From Anaerolineae bacterium (GTDB taxonomy: Bacteria > Chloroflexota > Anaerolineae > UBA1429): a stretch of DNA of 64,000 nt. Positions 18,877-29,400 of the stretch are shown here, in pieces. Location of the stretch: positions 11,206 to 75,205 of the forward strand of contig JAWLEV010000003.1 in the NCBI GenBank assembly GCA_041685915.1, read 5' to 3'. The notes beneath the pieces were generated by a model. That model was not told where the DNA came from and searched no databases. It saw only the letters and a list, made by a program, of their open reading frames with translations. A program made the translations under genes and the position numbers. The first letter of the stretch is position 1; each line of letters begins with the position of its first letter.

Positions 18877-21800
18877 CTACTCGCGTTGTACTCGCACCTG
18901 TCCCATGAGCCCCCAGGATTTGAGTACATAGTCGGGCGTATAGGTCTCATCGGTGCGCCGGAAGGAGCGCCAGTCCGTCCATGGCTCGCGCCCCGTTGCC
19001 AGATGGAGAGGCCCCAACATATTCCGAGGGCTACTCACCACCTCTATGCCCAACGCGTTCTGTCCGGGCACCAGATGGTCGGTGATGTCCAGGCCATTCG
19101 CCGAAGCCCAGGGGATGTGTCCGGCTAATTCCCCATTAACATGTATGGCCACATCCACCGCCTCATAGTCGCCCAGGTAAACGCGCACCCGCTCATCTTC
19201 CTTTGGCGTGTGATCTATGATATCCCGATAGATCATACTGCCAGCGTAATGCGGATAACCCTGTGTGGTCCAATCGCCCAAATGGAGCGTATCAGGTTCG
19301 GCAGTGATGACGCGCTCGATGCTCACGCCAAAATCTCCCAGCAGGTAACAGTCCTCCAGTTCCATATAGTTGGTATAGTTACAATGGAGGATCAGCACGT
19401 TTTTCCCCTTTTGGAGGGCGGGCAGTTTCACCTTGTGGAAGCTGCGGTCCAGGTACCATCCCACGGGTTCGTTGGATACGGACTCTCCGTTAAGGGATAT
19501 CTCGAACCATGAGGCGCCCTCCACCAAGAGGTAGATGGTCTCCTCTGGCACTTTTTCCACGTCGAAGGAGAAGCAGAGGGCCACCGGCGTTCCGTCATTC
19601 GGATGGGGTTCCAGAGCCCACTTGTAGCGCTGGGGTAACCCGTTGTAATAGTTCTGCCGCATGTCCAGGCGCTCCCGGATCTTGCTTTGCGCCCGCCAGA
19701 CCTCCTGCGTCTCCGACCAGGCGTCGTCTTCCTCCATGCGATACTGGCACATGTCCAGGGTCAAGAGGTTGGGATCCGTACGCGCAAAGGCACATTCGGG
19801 ACCGATGAGGTAGGCATCGGTGACCCGCCGCATCTGCCGGAAGGACTTTTCTTTTTCCTCGGCAACCTCTGCGCTTTCGCCTTCCGGATCGACGACGTAC
19901 AGGCGCGATCCCGAAGGGCCAAAATGGGCGTCGAATGAGAGCATACCGTCCACTTCTTTGGTCGGAATGCCCTCCATCTCTCCCGTCAGGGGGTCCCATT
20001 CTTCCACACGTCCGCTTCCCTGGAGAGAGACTTCTACGTCGTATCCGTTGTGTCTGTCTCCATTGAAGACAAAGCAGACGAACTTGTCGTCAAACTGCCG
20101 CTGCATATAAAGTAGCGGGGCCGCTTCTTGGGCCTGCACGTTCTGTAGGCTTATGCGGCGGGGCAGGGTGGTTTCCAGAGCGTTCTGCAGTTCCGACTCC
20201 TCGGAGAGGATCACCAAGCTTGATCCCGCCTTTTCTCGCAGCGCCTGCCACCCGTTCGCCAGGCGCTCGCTGGGTTGTGCCTCCACCATAGTAGGCAAGG
20301 GCTCAAAGGCGATAACGCGATCGCCTGCCTCCATAAAGGCCTCCAGCAGATCGAGGGTGGATTCCAGGAGGGTGTCAGTGTTGGGCGGGATGACCACTAC
20401 CTTGTAGGACGCCTGTCCTACCGCGAGAGCATCCTCGTCTATGTGGGCCTCAGCGGCCATGATCTGCTCGTCGCCGAAATCAAAGTCATAATGGGTGGCC
20501 AACAGGGCGCGGACGAAATCGTTCAGTTCCTCGCCGTAGGCGTCCACCTCCTGTACACTCTCCTCCCCTTCGCGTAGCATGGACCAGGCTGTGGAGACAG
20601 GATGCAGGAGTAACACGTCGCGTACGGCATCTCCCTGGCTAAGCATATATCCCACGCGGGCGAAATAGTCTTCTACGACATCGTTATACTTCCACCAGGT
20701 GGTATTGTAATTAAAGGAAGGAGGATAGTCCCGCTTACCACATCCCCGTAACGTATAGAGGGCCAGATGCTGGCAGCGAAGGTTCACGCCCAACGCGTAC
20801 TGCCAGTCGCCCACCCATTTCTGTCCTTCAAAAGTGAACTCCCAGCTTGAGCATCCGTAGGTCTCTGAGAGCACGCGATCGCGCCCCAGTTGGTTAGCCA
20901 CACTGGAACACTGTTTGATGGTCAGGAACTCGTGGTTCTGCTCGGTGAGCATGTCGATGCCGGGAACGTGCTGATAGCGATAGTGGGGCATGATGGCGCC
21001 CCCGCGCAGAATCCCCCGGCCCAGCTCGTTCTCACAGAGGTAGTGCCCTGTGAAAGCTAAGCCGTTATCGTCACACCACTCTCCCAGCTGTTTTGAGTAG
21101 GCTTCCGTAAAGCGCTCGCTGATAGTGTACCAGTAGTCGTGACGTGCCTTGGCCGCTTCCTCAGAGGTATGGGGAGCAGCACCTTCTTCACCACCATCGT
21201 AAAAGAGCCAGGGAACCACGTCCAACAGATCATAGCCACGCCTGTTTTCGAAACAGGCCGGCAACTCATCGGTCCAGGGGAGGGCGCGGCGCCCAGAGCG
21301 TACCTCGACGGCAAAGATGTTGGGCTCGTCGGTAAAGATGCCCGGGATTGCCTCTCCAAATTGGTCGCCGACCTCCTCCCGGTAGGCCTCATAGGTGATG
21401 TCGAGAAAGGCGGCCACGGCGTCGGGGTTCAGGTTATCGGTATAGGCGTCATCATTGAACCATTCGCTGGGCCCGGAAACCTCGCGCCGGAAGATCAGGT
21501 ATGTCTCATCAACAGCGAGTTCAGTTGGCGCGTCGGGATCCAGGCGCTCCAACGATGTCAGCGCATCGCCCTCCATGACGGCCTTGAATGTGGCCAGGAC
21601 CTCTTCCCGTTCGTCGGGCCACTCACCGGATTCCTCTACCGTCAGCACTTTGGCGCGAAAGGCATCCCCGCCACGGGCAGGCACCAACCCACCGGCCGCG
21701 CCCGAGGGCCAGCGATCTTCGTCGTAAAGCCAGGCCCCCATATCCTGCTCGGCTGCCAATTGGACTGTCTCACGTATGCATTTCATCCAATGAGAGCCCA

Positions 21801-21981
21801 TATACACCGTCTCCAGGCCCTCCCGAGAATGCATAAAGAAACCACCCATGCCGTGGGCCTTCATATCCCGCACCTGGCGGGCGAGTTCCTCCACTTCCAG
21901 CTTGTCATTCCAGGACCAGAAGGGAGCCCCCCTCAAATCCAGCGGGGGCTCCAGGAATCCTTGTCGCAGTTCATCTTCCAT
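18877..21981 (-). CDS. Large (1034 aa) glycoside hydrolase, family uncertain (possibly GH106-like)
   Basis: The N-terminus GAPFWSWNDKLEVEELARQVRDMKAHGMGGFFMHSREG resembles the N-terminal barrel of large rhamnosidase-like hydrolases. The family assignment is from memory only and is uncertain. Confidence 0.55.
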   Translation of the reverse strand: MEDELRQGFLEPPLDLRGAPFWSWNDKLEVEELARQVRDMKAHGMGGFFMHSREGLETVYMGSHWMKCIRETVQLAAEQDMGAWLYDEDRWPSGAAGGLVPARGGDAFRAKVLTVEESGEWPDEREEVLATFKAVMEGDALTSLERLDPDAPTELAVDETYLIFRREVSGPSEWFNDDAYTDNLNPDAVAAFLDITYEAYREEVGDQFGEAIPGIFTDEPNIFAVEVRSGRRALPWTDELPACFENRRGYDLLDVVPWLFYDGGEEGAAPHTSEEAAKARHDYWYTISERFTEAYSKQLGEWCDDNGLAFTGHYLCENELGRGILRGGAIMPHYRYQHVPGIDMLTEQNHEFLTIKQCSSVANQLGRDRVLSETYGCSSWEFTFEGQKWVGDWQYALGVNLRCQHLALYTLRGCGKRDYPPSFNYNTTWWKYNDVVEDYFARVGYMLSQGDAVRDVLLLHPVSTAWSMLREGEESVQEVDAYGEELNDFVRALLATHYDFDFGDEQIMAAEAHIDEDALAVGQASYKVVVIPPNTDTLLESTLDLLEAFMEAGDRVIAFEPLPTMVEAQPSERLANGWQALREKAGSSLVILSEESELQNALETTLPRRISLQNVQAQEAAPLLYMQRQFDDKFVCFVFNGDRHNGYDVEVSLQGSGRVEEWDPLTGEMEGIPTKEVDGMLSFDAHFGPSGSRLYVVDPEGESAEVAEEKEKSFRQMRRVTDAYLIGPECAFARTDPNLLTLDMCQYRMEEDDAWSETQEVWRAQSKIRERLDMRQNYYNGLPQRYKWALEPHPNDGTPVALCFSFDVEKVPEETIYLLVEGASWFEISLNGESVSNEPVGWYLDRSFHKVKLPALQKGKNVLILHCNYTNYMELEDCYLLGDFGVSIERVITAEPDTLHLGDWTTQGYPHYAGSMIYRDIIDHTPKEDERVRVYLGDYEAVDVAIHVNGELAGHIPWASANGLDITDHLVPGQNALGIEVVSSPRNMLGPLHLATGREPWTDWRSFRRTDETYTPDYVLKSWGLMGQVRVQRE

Positions 21982-22036
21982 CAGTTTGCTCTCCTTTCCC
22001 TCATGGTAAACGGATTATTTGTGAGGATAAAGCCCT

Positions 22037-22837
22037 CTATACTTTTTCCGCGACAACCTCGTTTTCAAGCACGCCGATGCCGTCGACCTCTATCTCCACC
22101 ACGTCACCGGGCTTGAGGAACACGGGAGGAGTGCGCGCAAATCCTACCCCCGAGGGCGTTCCTGTCATGATCACGGTGCCGGGCAAAAGTGTCATGCAAT
22201 CGGAAAGATAGGAGACGAGTTCTCGGCAAGAAAAGATCAGATCGTTGGTATTCGATTCCTGCATCAATGTGCCATTTAGGCGCGTGCGGATACCGACCTC
22301 ATCGGGGTTCATCTCTGTCTCAATCCAGGGGCCGAGAGGGGCAAAGGTATCAAAGGATTTACCCCGCGCCCACTGCACGTCGAGGCGGATCTGACAGTCG
22401 CGGGCACTGACGTCATTACCGCATGTGAAACCCAGGACATAGTCCAGCGCCTCTTCTTCGCTCACGTGCTTGGCCTCTTTGCCTATGACGATGGTCAATT
22501 CGCACTCATAGTCCACCTCATCGGGGGCCATATTGGGCAGGACGATCTCGTCCTCGGGCCCGCAGACGGCGGTTGTAGCCTTGAAAAAGATGACCGGGCG
22601 CTCCGGCAGGTCCATGCCGCTTTCTTCCGCATGGCCTGTATAGTTCAAGCCGATGGCGATCACGTTAGGTGGATCGACCGGGGGCAGGAGAGTGACATTT
22701 TTCTCTTCTACCTTATTGCCTGTCGGGTGCCAGTCCCCAAAGATGTCTCCTGTTACAAGATCGAATCTTCCTTCTCCATCCGGAATGCCGTACCGTATTG
22801 CTCCCTCCGTCGTCGAGAAACGGGCGATCTTGACCAT
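22037..22837 (-). CDS. Fumarylacetoacetate hydrolase (FAH) family protein
   Basis: GLNYTGHAEE...YECELTIVIGK...TGTPSGVG is the FAH-family pattern. Confidence 0.85.
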   Translation of the reverse strand: MVKIARFSTTEGAIRYGIPDGEGRFDLVTGDIFGDWHPTGNKVEEKNVTLLPPVDPPNVIAIGLNYTGHAEESGMDLPERPVIFFKATTAVCGPEDEIVLPNMAPDEVDYECELTIVIGKEAKHVSEEEALDYVLGFTCGNDVSARDCQIRLDVQWARGKSFDTFAPLGPWIETEMNPDEVGIRTRLNGTLMQESNTNDLIFSCRELVSYLSDCMTLLPGTVIMTGTPSGVGFARTPPVFLKPGDVVEIEVDGIGVLENEVVAEKV

Positions 22838-22890
22838 TGGTGGTTACTCCTGTATATGTTATAATTAGATGCTTGAGAGAATTGTAAACG

Positions 22891-22911
22891 TCTTGATGCA
22901 AAAGATCAAGA
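22891..22911. promoter_or_regulatory. Inverted repeat TCTTGAT-N7-ATCAAGA in the divergent FAH/AOR intergenic region
   Basis: Perfect 7-bp arms read directly from the sequence, about 100 nt upstream of the AOR start. Confidence 0.35.
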
Positions 22912-23010
22912 GGGGTCATCTCATCGACGAGCCACCAATCTCGCTATCCCCTTTTACATTTGGCGGCTGCCGAGACTTGGAGCCTGGTTCACAAAGGAGG
23001 CTTGAGCGAT

Positions 23011-24969
23011 ATGGCGGAAGAATATGGCGGCTGGGCCGGTCGCATCTTACAGGTAAACCTGACGACGGGAGAGTTTACGCATCGCGACACACTCGATTAT
23101 GCGCTGGAGTATATAGGCGGGCGGGGAATAGGCGCTGCTCTGGCTTGGGAGTTGTTGCGCCCGGGAATTGATCCTTTTGATCCCCAAAACCCTCTGATGT
23201 TCCTTAGTGGTCCTCTGGCCGGGACGGCTGCCCCTGCTGCCGGTCGTACTACGATATGTTCGTTGACTCCTCAGGGCTACCCTTATTCCTGGTTCTCACG
23301 GGCAAGCATGGGGGGAAACCTCAGTCACCAGCTCAAGTACGCAGGTTATGATGGCCTCATCTTTGTGGGCCAGGCGACGGTTCCGACCCTTTTTGCGCTG
23401 TCCGACGACGAGGCGAAACTGGTCGAGGCACAGGAGCTGTGGGGTCTGGATATCATGGAGACCCAACGTGTCCTGCGAAGGGATTGGGGGTCCGACGTAC
23501 AGATCGCGACTATCGGCTCTGCAGGAGAGAATCTCTCTCGCATCGCCTCCATCGGCACTAATGACGGGTCGGCGGCAGGTCAGGGAGGGTTTGGAGCCGT
23601 CATGGGAGCCAAGAACCTAAAGGCACTGGTGGTGCGTGGTACCGGGCGCCCCAATGTCGCTGATGAGAAAGGGTTCCGTTCCTTTGCACGCAAAGTGGCA
23701 CAGGAATACGTGCAGGATAACCGCAACCGTCCTCAGCGGGGATCGTCACGTAGCGCCTATGATGCCAAGCGAAATCATTGCAGTGCTGGATGTTTGCTGG
23801 GCTGCGGTACGCATTATGAGGACGTGCCCGGCACCGTCTTTTCCGATGCCGAGTATAGCGGCATTGTGCAATGCACGGCGGGCCGCTTTTCCGGTGCCGA
23901 AGATCATTACTGGAATCTGGGCTTCGAGGCCGGGTTTGAACTCAATGTGATGGCCAACCGGTGGGGCATCAACCACTGGGACCTGATGAAAGGTCTTTTC
24001 CCTTGGATCGGCATGTGCCATTGTGCCGGTCTGATGGACGAGATAGGCGGGCGCCCCATAGAGCGAAACGACCCCGAGTTCTGGTACGATATACTAAAGG
24101 CCATCGCCACCCACGAGGGTTCCATAGCAGAGATAGTGGGAGATGGAGGCAGGCGTGCCATAGCACGTACGGGATACCTGCCGGAAGAAGCGCGTCAACT
24201 CTACACGGCTTGGGGCTATGCCAACCACTGGGATGGACGAGGTCCTCGTGGAAACAAGATAAGCTATCCCTTTTGGTTGGCGAGTGCCCTTTTGTGGATG
24301 ATCGATACGCGTGATCCCATGGGCAGTACCCACGGGTATGTGCAGGATATGACCAGGGTGAGTCCCTTTGGACAGAATGTCCTCGATTGGGAGCAATTGA
24401 AAGGGCTTGGACAGTGCATCTATGGCGCCTCCGCGGCCATGGATCCGCTGAGCGATTATGAGGGGAAGGCGGAACCCGCTCTTTGGCATGCCAGGCGTTC
24501 CATGATCAAGGATAGTTTGCCCCTTTGTGATCGTACATTCCCTCGTCTTTTCACCTCTCTCACCGATGACGGGTTGCCCCGGGCCGATGGTGTAAGAGGC
24601 CCCGATTTCGAGGCTCACTTTTACACGTTGGTGACCGGCCATGAGATCGAACCCGAGGATCTGGAGCAGGCTGCGGAAAGGGCCCTTACCCTGGAACGCC
24701 TCGAGCAACTTCGCGACTTTGGGCGTACGCGCGACACCGATGACGGTGTGTTGGGCTTTTTCTGTGATACCCTCGAGGAATATACCAATCCACTCTTGGG
24801 GGAGCGAAAACGCGCTGAGCGCAAACCTTTGACCGAATTGGCGAGTTCTTTTTATGCGCTGCGAGGATGGGATACGAAGACAGGCATTCCTTCCAAAGAA
24901 CAGATAAAACGACTGAATTTGGACCATACGTTAAAAGTTTTGAAAGAACATGGGACACAGATTACATAA
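23011..24969 (+). CDS. Tungsten-type aldehyde:ferredoxin oxidoreductase (AOR family)
   Basis: EYIGGRGIGAALAWELL...DPFDPQNPLMFLSGPLAGT matches the AOR N-terminal domain. AGGAGG precedes the ATG at 23011. Confidence 0.85.
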   Translation: MAEEYGGWAGRILQVNLTTGEFTHRDTLDYALEYIGGRGIGAALAWELLRPGIDPFDPQNPLMFLSGPLAGTAAPAAGRTTICSLTPQGYPYSWFSRASMGGNLSHQLKYAGYDGLIFVGQATVPTLFALSDDEAKLVEAQELWGLDIMETQRVLRRDWGSDVQIATIGSAGENLSRIASIGTNDGSAAGQGGFGAVMGAKNLKALVVRGTGRPNVADEKGFRSFARKVAQEYVQDNRNRPQRGSSRSAYDAKRNHCSAGCLLGCGTHYEDVPGTVFSDAEYSGIVQCTAGRFSGAEDHYWNLGFEAGFELNVMANRWGINHWDLMKGLFPWIGMCHCAGLMDEIGGRPIERNDPEFWYDILKAIATHEGSIAEIVGDGGRRAIARTGYLPEEARQLYTAWGYANHWDGRGPRGNKISYPFWLASALLWMIDTRDPMGSTHGYVQDMTRVSPFGQNVLDWEQLKGLGQCIYGASAAMDPLSDYEGKAEPALWHARRSMIKDSLPLCDRTFPRLFTSLTDDGLPRADGVRGPDFEAHFYTLVTGHEIEPEDLEQAAERALTLERLEQLRDFGRTRDTDDGVLGFFCDTLEEYTNPLLGERKRAERKPLTELASSFYALRGWDTKTGIPSKEQIKRLNLDHTLKVLKEHGTQIT

Positions 24970-25054
24970 AAAGCGAGTGTCAACGAGGAATATGCTACGC
25001 ATGTTCCATCGACCGCTACAAGTCGTTTCCGGTGCCAATAGGGGGGTTGAGACG

Positions 25055-26353
25055 ATGGCGCGCGCTGAAAGTGGAATACTACGCTACGAGACAACACTAA
25101 ATCCAGAGGCCAGGGAGCGTGTCAAGGAGATCGGCCCAGCCGATCTCCTTGTTGGTATTCCCAGTTACCGCAATGGACGTACCATTGGGGAGGTGTTGGA
25201 GGCGGTGACGGAAGGTATTGCCACATATCTGCCCGACAAACGTGTCGTCCTGATGAACGCGGATGGGGATTCGACGGATAATACGGTTACCAAGGTCAAG
25301 GAAATAGAGATATCCCCCAACGTTAAAAAGTTGTGCATTGTCTACAAAGGCAAATCGGGGAAAGGTCTGGCCATCCGCTCTATTCTTGAGGCCGCCGCAT
25401 GCCTGGAAACCAAGGCTTGTGTGGTGGTCGAAGCCCGGGCGCCGGGTATCTGTCCCGAATGGCTTCCTCGCCTCGTCAAGCCCGTGTTAGCCGGCGATGA
25501 TATCGCTTTTGCCTGCTACAATAAGAGTGCTTATGGAGCCTCTCTTGCAGATAACCTCTTTTATCCCTTCTTGCGGGTCTTTTTGAGTGCTGATCTCCGT
25601 GAACCACTGTGCAGCGAGTTCTGTATCAGGACAGAGTTGGGGGAGAAGCTGGCGGGCAAGGATGTCTGGGAAACCGACGTGGCGCAGTTTGGTGTAAATG
25701 TCTGGATCGCAATTCAGGCTCTGGTGGAAGGTTGGGATATCTCGCAGGTCCCTCTGGGTTTCCGAGGCGATCCCAGTGGCGAACCCGGCGACCTTTTGGA
25801 TACACGGTTCGAGCATTCGGTGGGCACCCTGTTCCGCCTTTTAACAGTGCACGAGGATCTATGGCGTAAAGGACCACCTCATCGCCATCTTCCTTTTAGT
25901 CGCCCTTGGAACCTTGACGTCACACCACCTTGTAGGGATTGCATCGGCGATCTCATGGATGGCATGCACGAGGGCTGGGAGGTGTATGGAGAGGATTGGG
26001 AAGCGATTTTGTCCTCTGAAACCTTTTCTGAGGTCACGAATCTGCTTGCTCAGGACAAAGGGGAATTTGTCTTTTCCGAGAACTTGTGGGCCAGCGTGGT
26101 CATGGAGTTTGCCATGAGCCATAACAGAGGGGATGGAGATCCCGATAGGATAGGCAAATCCCTTCTTCCACTCTTTTATGGGAGGACGGCCACTTACGTG
26201 GAACAGACCAAAGAGTTGACACTGGCCGAGCGCGAAGCCATCGTACACAAGGTTGTCGCGGCCTTTTTGGATTTAAAGTCTTCCTTTATTCGTCAATGGA
26301 GCCAATACGATTCCTGGTTCGACACTGATTCGGGATTTTGGCTTGGGGCATAG
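25055..26353 (+). CDS. GT2-like glycosyltransferase (glycosyl-glycerate synthase-like?). The start is ambiguous (25001 or 25055).
   Basis: LLVGIPSYRNGRTIGEVLEAV, then VVLMNADGDSTDNT (a DxD-like motif). Confidence 0.5.
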   Translation: MARAESGILRYETTLNPEARERVKEIGPADLLVGIPSYRNGRTIGEVLEAVTEGIATYLPDKRVVLMNADGDSTDNTVTKVKEIEISPNVKKLCIVYKGKSGKGLAIRSILEAAACLETKACVVVEARAPGICPEWLPRLVKPVLAGDDIAFACYNKSAYGASLADNLFYPFLRVFLSADLREPLCSEFCIRTELGEKLAGKDVWETDVAQFGVNVWIAIQALVEGWDISQVPLGFRGDPSGEPGDLLDTRFEHSVGTLFRLLTVHEDLWRKGPPHRHLPFSRPWNLDVTPPCRDCIGDLMDGMHEGWEVYGEDWEAILSSETFSEVTNLLAQDKGEFVFSENLWASVVMEFAMSHNRGDGDPDRIGKSLLPLFYGRTATYVEQTKELTLAEREAIVHKVVAAFLDLKSSFIRQWSQYDSWFDTDSGFWLGA

Positions 26354-26410
26354 TTCGATAATACTCTCTCCCTTTCTTTTGCTGCTCTGATTACGGGACG
26401 GGTCTGGTAG

Positions 26411-29400
26411 ATGCGCAGAAAGCGGCGGCGTTCTCACATCTTGGACATAGTGGCAGAGGGCTGGCGATTCGCAGCCCTAGTAGCTCTAGTAGTTCCCCTG
26501 TTGCTTCTCCCTGTAACGGCTCGAGCCGGCACTCCAACATCTCTATCGGATGGAGTTGACAAGCGTCTTATCGTGGGTCTCGATACCCCCTCGCTCCTGG
26601 AAACGTTAAAAAAGAAGGACATCGCTCCCAAGGGTATGGGGAGCGATGTGGCTATGGAGCGAATACAGGAGATACAGGAAGCGCAGGACGCTCTGGCCAC
26701 ATCCTTGGCAAAGGTTTCGCCTGGAGCCGTGGTGGATCATCGATATCAGGTCACGTTAAACGGTCTCTCTATACGTTTGTCAGAACCCGTCAACGTGGCC
26801 ATGCCAAAGATACGGCAACTGTCCGATGTGAGTTATGTGTACGAGGAGACGGCGTATGAGCCCTCTTTATATGCCAGCGTTCCTTTTGTAGAGGCGGACG
26901 AGTTATGGCCCGCGCTTGGCGGCGAAAAGCAGGCAGGAAAAGGAATCAAGATTGCTGTGTTGGACAGCGGAATTGACATAAACCATCCCCTGTTTGATCC
27001 CACATCGTTTTCTTATCCTTCGGGCTTTCCCAAGGGAGATGAGCGTTACACTTCGCCAAAGGTCATTGCCGCCCGAACCTACTTTCGCCCCAATGATCCT
27101 CCACTACTGGGCGAGGAGACCCCGGTGCCTGGTTCGCTTGGATCCGGTCATGGCACACACATGGCCGGGATCATCGCGGGCCAGCCGGTCACTGCTACGC
27201 ACTGGGAACGGGAGCAGGAGTTGTCCGGCGTGGCGCCGGCAGCACAGTTGTTGAACTATCGCATTTTTTATCCCAGTGAGAAGACCGAACATGAGATTGC
27301 ATACACCACAGAGATCCTGGCGGCTATCGAGGATGCGGTGACGGATGGTGCCGACGTTCTCTGTAACAGCTGGTCCAGCGTGGCCCCGCGAGCTCCATTC
27401 GCCTGCCCTGAGACAGAGGCTTTGGAGGCGGCCATGGACGCCGGATGCGTTGTCGTGGCGCCTGTGGGTAACGAGGGGCCGGGCCAGGGCTCTGCCAGTC
27501 GTATCCCGGGCGGGATGGAACGCGCCATCACGGTAGGAGGACTTGGTAAGGACAGGATTTTGGCCCGCGATTTCGTCGACGTCACGGCTCCCTCTCCTGT
27601 CCCCCAGGAACTCGTACAAAACCCTTTTGCCCGCGCTCTCTTTGGCCCTTCTATCGATGCCCCCATAGGCCCTTTGCCTTGCAAGGATGTACGTCGGGTG
27701 GATTTCTCGGGAAGCGCTTTGGCGTGCGACAGTCTGCCTGCTAACTCGCTGATCGACCATGCGGTTCTTATCTCGCGGGGCGAATGCCCTTTTGCCGATA
27801 AAGTGTATCACGCACAGGCGGCCGGAGCAGAGTTGGCTCTGATATACAATGAGGAGGATCGCGTAGAGAAGATGGCCTGTGGGGGAGAGCACTGCGACCC
27901 CGGCGAGATTACCATTCCCTCCCTTATGGTCACGCGCTCGGTCGGCGAGGCGCTGCTTTCCAGATTGGAGGACCATCCTGATACGACCATACGCATCGAT
28001 CCCTACGGCCGGGTTATCTCCACGACGGAGAATGTGGTGTTCACGACCAGTGGACGGGGTCCCGCCTATCTTCGATATCTCAAGCCCGATCTCCTGGCCC
28101 CTGGCGTCTCTGTACTCTCGGCCGACCATATGGCAACTGAAGGAGAAACACCATATCAGCAGATGAGCGGCAGCAGCGTGGCCTGCGCACACGTGGCAGG
28201 CGTCGCCGCTTTACTGCGGCAGATGCATCCGCAATGGAGCCATGACGAGATCAAGGCCGCTCTCATGTCTACGGCACAATTCTCTGAACTGTATCTTGAT
28301 GATGCACGCTCTGAACCAGCAGATATCCTGGATCGAGGCGCTGGTTTGGTGAGAGCGGCGGAATCCGCAGAGGCATCTCTCTTTTTCTCCCCTCCTGCCA
28401 TATCTGTATCGGAGCTCAAACCCGGGGAAACTCTTTCCCTGTCTCTTACGCTGCATGATGCCCGCGCGGAAGGAAATCCTCGCACTTATACGGCTTCCAT
28501 TACCCAATGTTCGGGGATTAGTGTGACCGTTCCCGCCGAGGTGACCACAAGGCCTGGAACAGACACCGAGGTAGAGATAGCGATCACTGTGGAGGAAGAC
28601 TGTACGTTGGGGGAGCATGGCTTGGATGTATCTTATGTAGGAGAAAAAGGGAGAGGCAGCCTTCCCGTCTGGCTCCACGTGACCCCCAGGCTCGAAGAAG
28701 CCAGCGTCCTGTTGATTGATAACGATTTCTCCTTCTTTGGGCAATATACGGACTATGCCCCGTACGTCACGGAGGCCCTGGACCAAACATCCCTCTCTTA
28801 CAAAGTATGGAACGCTGATGAACATTTTGACAAGCCTCAAACGATCCCGGGCGTGAGTGAACTGCAGAGGTACGATGCCGTGATCTGGTTGACGGGGGAC
28901 AACGTTCATCCGGATCCTTACTACGCTGTCTCAGTTCCTCTCACAAAGGCGGACATGCACGTTCTCGCCGCCTATCTGGATGGCGGTGGGCGCCTGCTGG
29001 CCATGGGACAGAATCTGGCACAGGCTACCGATATCAACGAGGAGGACGACGATCCCACCTGGGGACGTGCTGATTTCTATCATGGATACTTGGGTGCCCA
29101 TTGGTTACAGCAAAGTCTTTTCGATCCCGAGGGTGAGGGGGCGCTCCCACCCCAGGATAGCCCGGCGGTAGTAGGGCTTCCCGCTTCCTTCTTGGGGGAT
29201 GCTACCCTGCACCTGGGCCCCAAAGGCGATGGCGCTGGCAATCAGACAGCGATAGATGAGATAGCGCCCGGAGGTGTACCCGACGGCTCGGATTTGGATT
29301 TGATAGAGCCTGTGCTTATGGCCCTGCAGGCGCAGCCGGTAGAAGCAGGATACGTGGGCCTGGCCAAGGCAGACGATCCCCATCTCGACGATCCCGTCTC

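Noticed and set aside
21139-22116. 325-aa plus-strand ORF
   Set aside because: It is antisense to the large glycoside hydrolase and its Arg/Pro/Gly-rich composition is typical of GC-rich antisense frames.
27104-28192. 362-aa minus-strand ORF, plus other ORFs inside 26411..29806
   Set aside because: They are antisense to the S8 protease, whose catalytic triad motifs are unambiguous.
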